A stretch of 64,000 nt of DNA, taken from NCBI GenBank assembly GCA_003152105.1, contig PLZJ01000003.1, positions 6,899 to 70,898 of the forward strand, written 5' to 3'. The position numbers and the translations under genes were made by a program. A model generated the notes under the pieces. The model ran no database searches. It was not told the DNA's origin and saw nothing but the letters and a program-made list of their open reading frames with translations. Source of the DNA: Candidatus Levyibacteriota bacterium. GTDB taxonomy: Bacteria; Patescibacteriota; Microgenomatia; Levybacterales; UBA12049. This document shows positions 25,646 to 36,852 of the stretch, piece by piece. Numbering within the stretch: position 1 is the stretch's first letter; each line of letters opens with the position of its first letter.

Positions 25646-26677
25646 ATGCAAGAAGAACTTTTACAAATCAAAAACTCCGCAATGTACTTTATCATGGATG
25701 CAAAAAATCCCAAAGAACTTGAAGAAATAAAATTAGATTTTTTAGGAAGAAGTGGAAAACTAACCTTAATAATGAAAGAACTCGCAAAACTTCCAATGGA
25801 TAAACGAGTTGAAATTGGAAGACTTGCAAATGAAGTAAAAAACGCAATAGAAGATGCATTGCAAACTGCAGAAGATAGTTTTTCTCAAAAAAAAATCGAT
25901 AAAATATCACGAATTGATATTTCCGAACCCGGAATACTGCCTACACTTGGACATTTACATTTAGTAACGCAAGCAATTGATGAGATTGCACAAATATTTG
26001 CTCGCATTGGATTTGAGCGCGTACGATATCCTGAAGTAGAATGGGACTATTTTGCATTTGAAGCATTAAACTTTCCAAAAAATCACCCAGCTCGCGATGA
26101 TTGGGAAACGTTTTTTACCACAGAAACACCCCATGCCAGATATGGCCCACAAGTTCTTACGCCTCATACGTCAAATGGTCAAATAAGAGAAATGGTAAAA
26201 AATGTATTACCTATTAAAATGCTAAATATTGCAAAAACGTATCGTAGACAGTCTGATATATCTCATACACTTATGTTTCATCAGTTTGAAACGTTATGCG
26301 TTTCTGAAAATATATCTATAGCAGATCTAAAAGGAACTCTTGCATATTTTGCGAAATCATATTTTGGTGAAAAAAGAAAAACACGTATTCGGCCGTATCA
26401 TTTCCAATTTACTGAACCTTCATTTGAAGTTGATATTTCCTGCGGTTTATGTAATGGAAAAGGGTGTAAATTCTGTAAAGAGGGGTGGCTTGAACTTGGG
26501 GGAGCTGGGATGGTTCATCCAAATGTACTCAAAGAAGTAGGTATTAATCCTAAAAAATATGCAGGATTTGCTTCTGGTTTTGGTGTAGAACGAGTACTCA
26601 TGATGAGAGAGGATATGCATATTGACGATCTACGACTTCTCTACGCAAATAAATTGGAGTTTTTACAGCAATTTTAA
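25646..26677 (+). CDS. pheS: Phenylalanyl-tRNA synthetase alpha subunit
   Basis: Class II core FQFTEPSFEVD...GGAGMVHPNVL...GFGVERV. Confidence 0.9.
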   Translation: MQEELLQIKNSAMYFIMDAKNPKELEEIKLDFLGRSGKLTLIMKELAKLPMDKRVEIGRLANEVKNAIEDALQTAEDSFSQKKIDKISRIDISEPGILPTLGHLHLVTQAIDEIAQIFARIGFERVRYPEVEWDYFAFEALNFPKNHPARDDWETFFTTETPHARYGPQVLTPHTSNGQIREMVKNVLPIKMLNIAKTYRRQSDISHTLMFHQFETLCVSENISIADLKGTLAYFAKSYFGEKRKTRIRPYHFQFTEPSFEVDISCGLCNGKGCKFCKEGWLELGGAGMVHPNVLKEVGINPKKYAGFASGFGVERVLMMREDMHIDDLRLLYANKLEFLQQF

Positions 26678-26679
26678 TT

Positions 26680-28635
26680 ATGAATATAAAATTACTTGAT
26701 AGTTGGATTAGAGAATTTGTTGACACAAAAGCAACAGCAAAAGAACTAGCAGATGCACTTTCTCTTTCAAGTGTTTCTGTTGAAAAGATTGAAAAAGTTG
26801 GTCAAGACTTTCTCTATGATATTGAAGTAACAACAAACAGAGTAGATCTTATGTCAGTTCTTGGTATTGCAAGAGAAGTAGCAGCAATACTTCCTCAGTC
26901 ACACATTCCCGCTCGTTTTATACCACTCCATCTAGAAAAAGTGCCTGGCGGTATGCATGAACAGTTTCCGGTTCAAATTAGAAACGATGAAGCGCTTGTT
27001 TCAACTATTTGCGCTGCTGTTTTGGATGTAACAATAGATGAGTCATCAAAAGAAATCAAAGAACGACTAGAAACAAGTGGCATTAGAAGCTTAAATAATG
27101 TTATTGATATAACAAATTATGTAATGAGAGTTATTGGTCATCCAACACACGTGTTTGATTATGACCGTCTACGTACAAGAACTATTCAAATTAGAAAATC
27201 GAGGAGAAATGAAAAAATTAAAACACTTGATGGAAAAGAATATATCTTACAAGGAGACGATATTGTTGCTGAAGATGGAGCAGGAAATATTATTGACTTG
27301 CTCGGTATTATGGGACTTGAAAATAGTGTTGTGACAAAAGATACCAAAACAATTGTATTTTTTATTGATAATGTCAATGCAGACTATATTCGAAAAACAT
27401 CAATGACTCATGGCATAAGAACTGAAGCAGCTGTGCTTAATGAAAAAAATGTTGACCCAAAAGCAGCTCATGATGCATTGCTGTATGGCATAACACTTTT
27501 TAAAAAACATGCAAATGGCAAACTACTTTCAGATACATTTGATGCACATGAAAAAGCAGACAAGGATCATTTTATATCTGTAAATAAACAGCAGATAGAA
27601 AAAGTAATTGGTATTTCCATTGAACAAAAAACTATTTCACAAATACTTGCAAATTTAGGGTTTTCTTTAACTGAGGAGAAAGATACCTATGAAATCAGAG
27701 TACCTTCTTACCGAATAAACGACGTTAAAAACGAAGAAGACATTATTGAAGAAATCGCCAGAGTATTTGGCTATCATAATATTCCAAGTCGTTTACCTGA
27801 ATTTATTCCACCCTCAATAACTAATGGAATCTTTACTTCATTTTATTTTGAGTCACGCATTAAAGAAGCAATGAAATATTGGGGATTTACCGAAGTATAT
27901 ACCTACCCAATTGTATCTGAAGAAATGTTTGAAGGACCAACGAGTGAAGCGATTACGCTTAAAAATCCATTAGGTGAAGAGTTTGCATTTATGAGAAAAA
28001 CACTCGTACCAAGTTTACTCTCAGTACTACAAGAAAATAAAAACTACAAAGAAGCAAAGTTATTTGAAATTGCAAATGTTTACCACAAGGTGCCAAATGA
28101 TTTACCAAATGAAAAACTTATGTTTGCAGGAGTAATAAAAAAAGACCACGTTTCTTTTTTTGAAGTAAAAGGCGTCATAGAACAAGTACTCTGTGATATT
28201 GGTATAAAAGATTTGGTATTTAAAAAAGCAGATGATGGAGGTATTGGAGCAGATGTGTATATTGCTTCTGATCTAATTGGAAAAGTAGAGGTGCTTGATG
28301 AATATGTCGTAACCTTTGAAATTGATCTTCAAAAAACGTTTCCCTTTGCAACAACAAAAAAAATATTTAATCAGCTTCCAAAATATCCACCGGTATTTGA
28401 AGACATTTCAGTTGTACTTTCACATGATACTTCAACTGGCGACATTATAGAAACAATTAAAAAACAAAATCCGTTAATAAAAGAAGTGGAACTCTTCGAT
28501 AAATATGAAAACACAAGATCATTTCATATCACTTATGTAAGTCAAGATAAAAATTTAACTACTGAAATTGTTTCCGAAATTCGTGAGTCAGTTCAAAAAG
28601 CACTTGAAGAAACATTCAAGGCAACAATAAAGTAG
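26680..28635 (+). CDS. pheT: Phenylalanyl-tRNA synthetase beta subunit (short, 651 aa)
   Basis: B3/B4 and B5 domains, C-terminal FDX-ACB-like region. Immediately downstream of pheS. Confidence 0.85.
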   Translation: MNIKLLDSWIREFVDTKATAKELADALSLSSVSVEKIEKVGQDFLYDIEVTTNRVDLMSVLGIAREVAAILPQSHIPARFIPLHLEKVPGGMHEQFPVQIRNDEALVSTICAAVLDVTIDESSKEIKERLETSGIRSLNNVIDITNYVMRVIGHPTHVFDYDRLRTRTIQIRKSRRNEKIKTLDGKEYILQGDDIVAEDGAGNIIDLLGIMGLENSVVTKDTKTIVFFIDNVNADYIRKTSMTHGIRTEAAVLNEKNVDPKAAHDALLYGITLFKKHANGKLLSDTFDAHEKADKDHFISVNKQQIEKVIGISIEQKTISQILANLGFSLTEEKDTYEIRVPSYRINDVKNEEDIIEEIARVFGYHNIPSRLPEFIPPSITNGIFTSFYFESRIKEAMKYWGFTEVYTYPIVSEEMFEGPTSEAITLKNPLGEEFAFMRKTLVPSLLSVLQENKNYKEAKLFEIANVYHKVPNDLPNEKLMFAGVIKKDHVSFFEVKGVIEQVLCDIGIKDLVFKKADDGGIGADVYIASDLIGKVEVLDEYVVTFEIDLQKTFPFATTKKIFNQLPKYPPVFEDISVVLSHDTSTGDIIETIKKQNPLIKEVELFDKYENTRSFHITYVSQDKNLTTEIVSEIRESVQKALEETFKATIK

Positions 28636-28640
28636 TTGCT

Positions 28641-30914
28641 TTATCCCGGAGTAGGTGTTGGCGTTTGAGTTGGCGTAAGTGTTCCCGTTGGAGTAGGTGT
28701 TGGCGTTGGTTCATCAGGAGGATGATACAATGGATCGTCTTTGTGATTTTGATCAATCCATGCATCTATTCCTTCTTGCCATCTATTTTTACCATCAGTT
28801 GATACGGGGTCATCTTCTTTAAATTCAAGATAATCTTTTCCGTTAATATTTTTATATATAGGAGAGGAGGCAGTTGGCTCAGTACCTTTTATAAAATACT
28901 CTGAGCGCTGAGGTTGCGTAGGAACTGGTAAGCCACCTCCTAATGCATCAATTTGCATTGCAATAACATCATCTGGTTTTTTGGGTTGCTCATCAGGTTT
29001 TCCCTTTAATACTGCTGTCATTATTCTATTCCAAATTGGTGAAGCACCTGTTTCTCCAGAGGAAATAATTGGATTCATAGGAGTATTGTCATTATTTCCA
29101 ACCCAAACGCCAACAACATACGATGGTGTATAACCACTTGCCCAGTTATCTCTTTTTTCATCAGTTGTTCCTGTTTTAACTGACACAGTTTTTCCAGGTA
29201 TTACTAGGTAGGAATTTGGACCAAATTCAGCAGTTCTTGCATTATTATCAAGTAAAATATGTGAAATGATAAAAGCAACTCCGTCTGGCAACACTCTTGT
29301 TCCTGAATTTGGTTTATATTGATAGAGCGAATTACCTTTACTATCAGAAACAGATAAAATGGAAACAGGATCATGACGAATACCACCTGTTGCAAAAACT
29401 CCATATGCAGTTGTCTCGTCAAGGAGCGATACTCCTTTCCCTCCAAGAACGAGTGAAAGACCAACAGTAGAAAGATTTTGTGGGGTAGGATCCCAAGTAG
29501 AAATACCCATATTATATCCTTGCTGCATAGCAGCTTTTAGTCCAACACGAGCAAGCATTTTTACTGCTGGAATATTTTCTGAATTACCAAGCGCAAACCT
29601 TAGTTGCATTGGCCCTGCAAACTTTCCGCTATAATTGACCGGTATATAATCAGGGTCAGAATCAGTAGGTTTAAAATTCGTCTGCACATCCATTACCATG
29701 GTTGAGGCAGTATATCCTTGCTCAAGTGCAGTAGCATAAACAATAGGTTTCAAAGAAGAACCTGGTTGTCTATTTGTGGAAATAGCTACATTAAAATTCC
29801 CATCATTTGCTGTATCAAAATAATCTTCGCTTCCTACCATAGCCAGTATTTCACCTGTTTTTGGATCAGTAACAATAGCAGCTCCATTTGATACATGATA
29901 TGGCTTAAGCAGTGCAACCTGCGATTTTACAATTTGCTCAGCTTGTTTCTGAATTGAATAGTCAAGTGTTGTCACAATTTTTAATGCGCCGTTTTCAATA
30001 TATTGCTCTCCAAAATCCCTAGCAAGAAGCGCTTTTACATACATTACAAAATGAGGCGCTTTGATTTCTGAATCATTTTGAGAAAACTGGGTATTTTTAA
30101 TTTCTGAAAGTGCATCAGTATTTTGTTTTTGTGTAATATACCCCTGATCAGCCAGTGCTTGAAGCACAATTGCAGTTCTATCAATATAATATTTATTACC
30201 ACTATAAGGGGAGTATTCAGATGGACTTTGTGGAAGTCCAGCCAAAAATGCAGACTGTGCTAGGTCTAAATCTTTTACATTTTTACCAAAATATTCCTCA
30301 GCTCCTGCTTCAACACCAACTGCAGTGCCACCATAAGGAACATCATTTAAATACATTTCAAGAATTTGATCTTTTGAATATTTCTTATCAACTTGAATGG
30401 CAAGTATTAATTCTTTTATTTTTCGAGATATACTTTGTTGAGAAGTTAACAATACGTTTTTTACCAATTGTTGGGTAAGCGTAGAACCTCCTTGAATTTG
30501 GTGATATAACACAATATCCCGAATGGCACGTAAATAACCTGTTAATGAAAAGCCTTGATTTTGATAAAAATTTCGGTCTTCAACTGCAATAGTGGCATGT
30601 TGTAAATTAAGTGGGATTTGTGGAAGCTTTACGTACGTTCTGTTTTGATTTTGATATAAAGAATAGAGGAGTATGCCATTTCTATCATATATTTTTGTTG
30701 ATTCTCCCAAAGGCGCATTGGCAAGCTTACCTGGTTGTGGTAAATCACGGCTATACCAATAAAAAAGAAAAACACCAATAATAATACAAGCGATAAAACC
30801 AAAAAAGAGAAGCTTCGCTAACCTACTCCAAAGAACTATATGTGAATCATGGTTACCAAAATATTTTTTTCTTCTAGAAAATCGTTTTAACCGTCTACTA
30901 TTGTAGTCAACCAT
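28641..30914 (-). CDS. Class A penicillin-binding protein (bifunctional transglycosylase/transpeptidase, PBP1A-like) with PT-rich C-terminal tail
   Basis: Glycosyltransferase motif AVEDRNFYQNQG. Transpeptidase SSLKP (SxxK), SEN and KTGT motifs. N-terminal TM. Confidence 0.85.
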   Translation of the reverse strand: MVDYNSRRLKRFSRRKKYFGNHDSHIVLWSRLAKLLFFGFIACIIIGVFLFYWYSRDLPQPGKLANAPLGESTKIYDRNGILLYSLYQNQNRTYVKLPQIPLNLQHATIAVEDRNFYQNQGFSLTGYLRAIRDIVLYHQIQGGSTLTQQLVKNVLLTSQQSISRKIKELILAIQVDKKYSKDQILEMYLNDVPYGGTAVGVEAGAEEYFGKNVKDLDLAQSAFLAGLPQSPSEYSPYSGNKYYIDRTAIVLQALADQGYITQKQNTDALSEIKNTQFSQNDSEIKAPHFVMYVKALLARDFGEQYIENGALKIVTTLDYSIQKQAEQIVKSQVALLKPYHVSNGAAIVTDPKTGEILAMVGSEDYFDTANDGNFNVAISTNRQPGSSLKPIVYATALEQGYTASTMVMDVQTNFKPTDSDPDYIPVNYSGKFAGPMQLRFALGNSENIPAVKMLARVGLKAAMQQGYNMGISTWDPTPQNLSTVGLSLVLGGKGVSLLDETTAYGVFATGGIRHDPVSILSVSDSKGNSLYQYKPNSGTRVLPDGVAFIISHILLDNNARTAEFGPNSYLVIPGKTVSVKTGTTDEKRDNWASGYTPSYVVGVWVGNNDNTPMNPIISSGETGASPIWNRIMTAVLKGKPDEQPKKPDDVIAMQIDALGGGLPVPTQPQRSEYFIKGTEPTASSPIYKNINGKDYLEFKEDDPVSTDGKNRWQEGIDAWIDQNHKDDPLYHPPDEPTPTPTPTGTLTPTQTPTPTPG

Positions 30915-30993
30915 TCATTAGATTATAGCGAACTACACATTGACTGACAACTTCTCATTTAAATGTCAGTTTATCATATGATATACTGAGCCT

Positions 30994-32178
30994 ATGGACG
31001 CGATTGAACAATTACTAACAAGAGGAGTTAGCCAAATATATCCTTCAAAAGAAAAACTTGAAACTTTACTTCGAAGTGGAAAAAAAGTAACTATTTATCA
31101 AGGCTTTGATCCAACAGGAACAAAACTACACATCGGTCATATGGTTGGACTATTAAAACTACGACAATGGCAAGACTTAGGGCACAAAGTAATATTCTTA
31201 ATAGGAACAGGAACAGGACTTGCAGGAGATCCATCTGGAAAGCAAACTTCTCGAACTGTTTTTTATACACATGAACAATTAAAAGAAAATGCAAAAGATT
31301 ATGTATTGCAGGCACGAAAAATTGTTCGATTTGAAGGAGAAAATCCAGTTGAAATTTTATATAACGGAGACTGGTTAAACAAACTAACTCTCAAAGACAT
31401 TTTAGATATTGCAGGCCATTTCACACTGCAACAGTTCTCAGAACGTGATTTATTTCAGGAAAGAATAAAAAAAGGAGAACCAGTTAGTCTTCGTGAATTT
31501 ATGTATCCAATGCTTCAAGCATATGATTCTGTTGCTATGAAAGTAGACGTAGAGCTTGGAGGAACAGATCAAATGTTTAACATGCTCATGGGTCGAAATC
31601 TTGTTGAAAAAATGCAGCACCGAGAAAAGTTTGTAATGACAACGCCACTGCTTGAAGACTCTTTGGGCAGGAAAATAGGAAAGACAGAAGGAAATGTCAT
31701 TGCGCTAACAGATAGCCCTTCTGATCTATATGCAAAAATAATGGCACTTCCCGATGACATTGTTGTCAATGCATTTGCATATCTTACAACACTACCAATG
31801 CATGAGATTTTAAAAATTAAAGAAGATTTAGCAAATGGGCAAAATCCAATTACAAGTAAGAAAAAATTAGCGCTAACAATTGCTTCACAGTTATATAGTC
31901 ATGAAGATGCAAAACAAGCAGAGCAATCATTTACTACTGTTGTACAGCAAGGGAATTTAAGCAATGACATAAACAAAGTTACTGTTTTAGAAAATACACC
32001 ACTCATTGATATGCTCCTTCATTTTACCCTTATAGAGAGTAAATCTGAGGCAAAAAGACTCGTCTTACAAAACGGCATTCGAGTAAATAGTGAAATTGTT
32101 TCTGATTTAGATATGACACTTTACGATAATGATCTTGTTGAAGTTGGAAAAAGAAAAACAGTTCGTATTGTTATATAA
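30994..32178 (+). CDS. tyrS: Tyrosyl-tRNA synthetase
   Basis: GFDPTGTKLHIGHMVG (HIGH) motif, KIGKTEG (KMSKS-like) motif, C-terminal S4-like domain. Confidence 0.8.
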   Translation: MDAIEQLLTRGVSQIYPSKEKLETLLRSGKKVTIYQGFDPTGTKLHIGHMVGLLKLRQWQDLGHKVIFLIGTGTGLAGDPSGKQTSRTVFYTHEQLKENAKDYVLQARKIVRFEGENPVEILYNGDWLNKLTLKDILDIAGHFTLQQFSERDLFQERIKKGEPVSLREFMYPMLQAYDSVAMKVDVELGGTDQMFNMLMGRNLVEKMQHREKFVMTTPLLEDSLGRKIGKTEGNVIALTDSPSDLYAKIMALPDDIVVNAFAYLTTLPMHEILKIKEDLANGQNPITSKKKLALTIASQLYSHEDAKQAEQSFTTVVQQGNLSNDINKVTVLENTPLIDMLLHFTLIESKSEAKRLVLQNGIRVNSEIVSDLDMTLYDNDLVEVGKRKTVRIVI

Positions 32179-32201
32179 CAATATCGTATTATAATTACAC
32201 T

Positions 32202-32306
32202 ATGGATGTATTTCAAAAACATATGTGGGTGTTTAAAATAATTATTGCAATAGCATCGCTTGCTATTGTTATTGCCCCATTTTTAGCACTATTTTTTAAT
32301 CAATAG
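32202..32306 (+). CDS. Possible 34-aa hydrophobic micro-protein (MDVFQKHMWVFKIIIAIASLAIVIAPFLALFFNQ)
   Basis: Short ORF in the tyrS-recG gap with a single predicted TM helix. No further support. Confidence 0.2.
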   Translation: MDVFQKHMWVFKIIIAIASLAIVIAPFLALFFNQ

Positions 32307-32312
32307 CTTCAT

Positions 32313-34328
32313 ATGGATTTTAATCTACCGGTTAAAAAATCTCCGTTTAGGAGTATTAAACTCTACGCAAGTAGACTTGAGAAACTACATATTTCAACTC
32401 ACTTGGATTTTATCTATCATATGCCAAGTCGTTATGAAGACTTTTCTCATATTGCTCCTGTTGCAAACATACAAGTAGGAGAAATAGTAACAATACATGC
32501 AAACGTAATAGACGCAAAAACAAGTTATTTAAGAAATCGAAAATCAATCCAAAGAGCAACCTTTTCTGATGGAACGGGAAGTATTTTTGTTACATGGTTT
32601 AATCAACCATATTTAGTAAAACAATTACCAGTCGGGACATCGGTCTGGCTATCTGGAAGAGCTGACATATTTAATAAAAAGCTAACCATGCAATCACCTG
32701 ATTATGAAATTGAAACAAGTGAACCTATACATACTGGCAGACTTGTTCCCATATATCCTGAAACATATGGAGTATCTTCAAAATGGTTAAGAAGACAAAT
32801 TCATTCACTCTTAAAAGAAATAGAAAATGAAAAAGAATTCCTCCCACCATATCTTTTAAAAGAAAATAACCTTATGGAGTACCCCCTTTCTTTGCAAAAA
32901 ATTCATTTTCCGCTTTCTTTGGAAGAAAGTAATAAAGCAAGACAGCGACTTGCATTTGACGAGCTATTTTTCCTACAAGTTTCTGCACTCCATAGAAAAA
33001 GAGAATGGAAATCTGTTCAAAAAAGCGTCAGCTTAACTGTTTCTAAACATCATGAAAAACTCGAGAAACTGTATAATTCTTTACCGTTTACTTTAACTAA
33101 TGCGCAAAAAAAAGCAGTTGAAGATATATGTTCAGACATCGCAAAAAGGAGCCCCATGAATAGACTTCTTGAAGGAGATGTAGGAAGCGGAAAAACAGTT
33201 GTTGCTGGAATTGCAATGTATATAACATTTTTAAATGGTTACCAATCAGTTCTTATGGCACCAACTGAAATTCTTGCAATGCAACATTTTCAAACCATTG
33301 AGCGACTCTTTACTCCTTTTGGCGTTCGTATTGGCCTCGCAACAGGGAGTAAAAAAATACAACTTGATGACTTTGATGTATTAATTGGTACACATGCTCT
33401 GCTTTCTGAAAAAATACAGTTTAAAAAACTAGCTTTTGTCATAATTGATGAGCAACAACGATTTGGTGTTTCCCAACGCGCTCTTATTCGAAAAAAGGGA
33501 ATAAGTGCACATTTGTTAACCATGACGGCAACGCCGATTCCAAGAACAATTGCACTTACCATGTACGGTGATTTAGATGTATCGTTTCTTGATGAATTAC
33601 CAAAAGGAAGACAAGAAATTAAAACATGGTTTGTACCAAAAGATAAGCGCGAAGCAGCATATAGATGGATTGAGCAACAAATTACAAAAGAAAAAAGTCA
33701 GGCTTTTATTATTTGCCCATTTATTGAAACTTCAGAAAGCATGCAAACAGTTAAAGCAGCAAGCGTTGAATTTGCAAGATTAAAAAAAGACATCTTTCCT
33801 AACCTTACCCTTGGTCTACTTCACGGAAATCTCAAAGCAAAAGAAAAAGATGAGGTACTTCGCAACTTTAACAACAAAGTATTTGATATCTTAGTCGCAA
33901 CGCCTGTTGTTGAAGTCGGAATTGATATTCCAAATGCAACAATAATGATGATAGAAGCAGCTGAGCGATTCGGTTTATCACAACTACATCAATTGCGTGG
34001 AAGAGTTGGAAGAGGAAAGAAGCAGTCTTACTGTCTTTTGTTTTCTGATGCGTTTAGTAAAACTTCCTATGCAAGACTCAAAGCAATGGAAAAATTACAT
34101 ATTGGCGCAGAACTTGCTGAACTTGATTTACGACTTCGAGGCCCTGGAAGTATATATGGCACAGAACAAAGTGGAAAAACGTTGCTTAAAATTGCAACAT
34201 TTTCAGATACGTTCTTACTACAAAAAGCAAAAATTGCTGCAGAACAAATCTTTCCCAATATGGAAGAGTTTCCAGAGATACGTGGAAAAATGAAACAACT
34301 TCAAACACAAGATATTTCTCCAGATTAA
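32313..34328 (+). CDS. recG: ATP-dependent DNA helicase RecG
   Basis: Walker A GDVGSGKTVVA; IIDEQQRFGV (DEQHRFG-type box II); QLRGRVGRG; N-terminal wedge-like region. Confidence 0.85.
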   Translation: MDFNLPVKKSPFRSIKLYASRLEKLHISTHLDFIYHMPSRYEDFSHIAPVANIQVGEIVTIHANVIDAKTSYLRNRKSIQRATFSDGTGSIFVTWFNQPYLVKQLPVGTSVWLSGRADIFNKKLTMQSPDYEIETSEPIHTGRLVPIYPETYGVSSKWLRRQIHSLLKEIENEKEFLPPYLLKENNLMEYPLSLQKIHFPLSLEESNKARQRLAFDELFFLQVSALHRKREWKSVQKSVSLTVSKHHEKLEKLYNSLPFTLTNAQKKAVEDICSDIAKRSPMNRLLEGDVGSGKTVVAGIAMYITFLNGYQSVLMAPTEILAMQHFQTIERLFTPFGVRIGLATGSKKIQLDDFDVLIGTHALLSEKIQFKKLAFVIIDEQQRFGVSQRALIRKKGISAHLLTMTATPIPRTIALTMYGDLDVSFLDELPKGRQEIKTWFVPKDKREAAYRWIEQQITKEKSQAFIICPFIETSESMQTVKAASVEFARLKKDIFPNLTLGLLHGNLKAKEKDEVLRNFNNKVFDILVATPVVEVGIDIPNATIMMIEAAERFGLSQLHQLRGRVGRGKKQSYCLLFSDAFSKTSYARLKAMEKLHIGAELAELDLRLRGPGSIYGTEQSGKTLLKIATFSDTFLLQKAKIAAEQIFPNMEEFPEIRGKMKQLQTQDISPD

Positions 34329-34409
34329 ACGTGCCTCATCTGCTTGCGAAAACACCGTAAATACAGTACAATACGCATATAGTTTAATCTAAACGAAAAG
34401 GAACGTACT

Positions 34410-34613
34410 ATGCCACAAGAGCCAAAACGCAGACATTCCAAACAAAGAAAAGGTAAAAGACGAGCATCAATTCATTTTGACTCGCCACAAGTCCTACTAT
34501 GCCCAAATTGCAAGGCACCTATTGCTCCTCATGTCATTTGTAAAAATTGTGGCTTTTATAAAGGTAAAGAAGTAATACATAAAAAACCACAAAAGAAAAA
34601 AGACAACGAATAA
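34410..34613 (+). CDS. rpmF: 50S ribosomal protein L32 (zinc-ribbon form)
   Basis: MPQEPKRRHSKQRKGKRRA plus a CxxC...CxxC zinc ribbon. Confidence 0.85.
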   Translation: MPQEPKRRHSKQRKGKRRASIHFDSPQVLLCPNCKAPIAPHVICKNCGFYKGKEVIHKKPQKKKDNE

Positions 34614-34628
34614 TAAAGCGTAATTGCA

Positions 34629-34976
34629 ATGAAAAATCCTCTTGATCCAAGACACCAAAAAAGAAAATTATATTTGGAAGATTTGTTTAAAATTGAATTC
34701 CATAAACAAAAAGTAAGCCCAAAAGTAACTGATATTTTATCAAACCAAGTCGTCATTGACGAATATATATCAAAAGCAGCACCTCAATTTCCCATTGAAA
34801 AAATAAATAAAATAGATCTTGCAATTTTACGACTTGCTGCATTTGAACTCATTATTGATAAATCAGAACCACCTAAAGTCATAGTTGATGAAGCAATAGA
34901 ACTTGCAAAAGAATATGGCAATGATTCAAGTCCATCTTTTATCAATGGTGTACTTGGCGCTTTAGTACCAAAATGA
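34629..34976 (+). CDS. nusB: Transcription antitermination factor NusB-like
   Basis: [11 protein letters not shown] and [10 protein letters not shown] motifs typical of NusB. Confidence 0.65.
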   Translation: MKNPLDPRHQKRKLYLEDLFKIEFHKQKVSPKVTDILSNQVVIDEYISKAAPQFPIEKINKIDLAILRLAAFELIIDKSEPPKVIVDEAIELAKEYGNDSSPSFINGVLGALVPK

Positions 34977-35635
34977 AACAATTACCTACGTTTACCAATC
35001 AAAAACTTTACGAGCAAGCGTTTATTCACCGTTCGTTTCTAAATGAAACAAAAGATAAACTCGCATCAAATGAGCGTTTAGAATTTTTAGGTGATAGTGT
35101 TTTGTCATTTATCGTCTCTAACTATTTATATACAACATACCCTGATTTTAATGAAGGAATGTTAACAAATTTACGTGCACTTCTTGTAAATACAAAAATT
35201 CTTGGACAAATTGCAAAAGAACTTGATTTTGGAAGCTTAATGAAACTTTCTCGTGGTGAAGATGAAGCAAAGGGGAGAGAAAATATTTCACTGCTTGCAG
35301 ATTGTTTTGAAGCATTTGTAGGAGCGTTGTTTCTTGATCAAGGTCTTGAAACGACAATATCATTTATAAAAGAAATGCTCCTTGATAAAGCTGAGAGTTT
35401 TGTACAGAAAAAAACATTAAAAGACCCAAAAAGCTTACTACAAGAATATGTTCAAGCAAAAAAACAACATACACTCGCTTACAAAGTGTTATCTGAAGAA
35501 GGACCAGCACATGAAAAAACATTTACCGTTGGTGTATTTGTTCAACAAGTACAAGTTGGCGTAGGGGTTGGCAAATCAAAACAAGAGGCAGAAGAAAAAG
35601 CAGCAAATGAAGCACTTGAGAAGATGGCTAAATAA
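34973..35635 (+). CDS. rnc: Ribonuclease III
   Basis: [11 protein letters not shown] catalytic signature and C-terminal dsRBD. Confidence 0.9.
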   Translation: MKQLPTFTNQKLYEQAFIHRSFLNETKDKLASNERLEFLGDSVLSFIVSNYLYTTYPDFNEGMLTNLRALLVNTKILGQIAKELDFGSLMKLSRGEDEAKGRENISLLADCFEAFVGALFLDQGLETTISFIKEMLLDKAESFVQKKTLKDPKSLLQEYVQAKKQHTLAYKVLSEEGPAHEKTFTVGVFVQQVQVGVGVGKSKQEAEEKAANEALEKMAK

Positions 35636-35659
35636 TGCTAAAATAGCATTTACCTAGAT

Positions 35660-35884
35660 ATGGTAGTAATTAGATTAACAACAGTCGGAAAAAAAGGAGA
35701 AAGAAAATACAGAATTGTCGTTAAAGAAAAACGAACTCGTCGTGATGGAAAATCAGTCGAAGTACTTGGTTGGTATCAAAAATCTGAAAAAGGGGAGAAT
35801 AAACAACTAAATGTGGAAAGATATAATTATTGGCTCTCCGTTGGCGCAATTCCATCACCACAAGTTAAAAAAATAGCAGCATAA
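35660..35884 (+). CDS. rpsP: 30S ribosomal protein S16
   Basis: MVVIRLTTVGKKGERKYRIVV. Confidence 0.9.
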   Translation: MVVIRLTTVGKKGERKYRIVVKEKRTRRDGKSVEVLGWYQKSEKGENKQLNVERYNYWLSVGAIPSPQVKKIAA

Positions 35885-36138
35885 TGAAAGATATAATTAC
35901 CTTTATCGTTACAACCCTTGTTGATAAAAAAGACGAGATTACTGTGGTTGAAGAAGAAAAAGAAGGCATATTATACTTAACCATCTCAGCTGCAAAAGAA
36001 GATATGGGCAAAATTATAGGAAAAAATGGTAAGGTAATTCGAGCAATTAGAAGTGTTATGAAAATTCCCGCAATAAAACAAAATAAAAGAGTATATGTTT
36101 CAATTGCAGATTCTGAACAAGCGCCAGCCGTTTCATGA
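35884..36138 (+). CDS. KH-domain RNA-binding protein (YlqC-like)
   Basis: GKIIGKNGKVIRAIR KH motif. Conserved position between rpsP and trmD. Confidence 0.7.
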   Translation: MKDIITFIVTTLVDKKDEITVVEEEKEGILYLTISAAKEDMGKIIGKNGKVIRAIRSVMKIPAIKQNKRVYVSIADSEQAPAVS

Positions 36139-36836
36139 TAATCTCCATTTTAACTCTGTTTCCCAACATGTTCCAAGGCCCCTTTAGTGAATCAATTGTC
36201 AAAAGAGCAATTGAGGACAAATATATTCAGCTAAACTTCATACAAATTCGTGATTTTGGCATAGGCAAACATCAAGAAGTAGATGATAGACCTTTTGGAG
36301 GAGGCATAGGAATGGTCATGAGAGTAGATGTGCTTGAGAAGGCTATTGAAAAAACAAGAATTCCTGGCAAAAAAGAAAAAGTAATACTGCTTAGTGCAAA
36401 AGGACAAACATTTACTCAACAAATGTCGATGTCTTTTGCAAAACTAGATCATCTTATTCTTATCTGTGGTCATTACGAAGGAGTTGACGAACGAATCCTG
36501 CATTTTATAGATGGGCAGGTTTCAATAGGAGATTTTATTGTTACAGGCGGAGAAATTCCTTCAATGCTTATTATTGACGCAGTAACAAGACTAATTCCGG
36601 GAGTTTTAAAAAGCGGTGCAACAGAACACGAATCCTTTTCAAAGCTAGTAACAAATGATTCGAAAGCGTATCTTGAATACCCCCAGTATACAAGACCAGA
36701 TACGTTTAAAAAACTACACGTACCAGATATACTACTTTCTGGAAATCATAAAGAAATACAGTTATGGAGAGAAAAAGAAGCAAAAAGGGTAACAAAAGTT
36801 AATCGTCCAGATCTTCTCGTTAAAAAAAATTCCTGA
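36135..36836 (+). CDS. trmD: tRNA (guanine37-N1)-methyltransferase
   Basis: ILTLFPNMF, DDRPFGGG, LICGHYEGVDER SPOUT motifs. Confidence 0.9.
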   Translation: MIISILTLFPNMFQGPFSESIVKRAIEDKYIQLNFIQIRDFGIGKHQEVDDRPFGGGIGMVMRVDVLEKAIEKTRIPGKKEKVILLSAKGQTFTQQMSMSFAKLDHLILICGHYEGVDERILHFIDGQVSIGDFIVTGGEIPSMLIIDAVTRLIPGVLKSGATEHESFSKLVTNDSKAYLEYPQYTRPDTFKKLHVPDILLSGNHKEIQLWREKEAKRVTKVNRPDLLVKKNS

Positions 36837-36852
36837 TAATATAAGTTCGTTG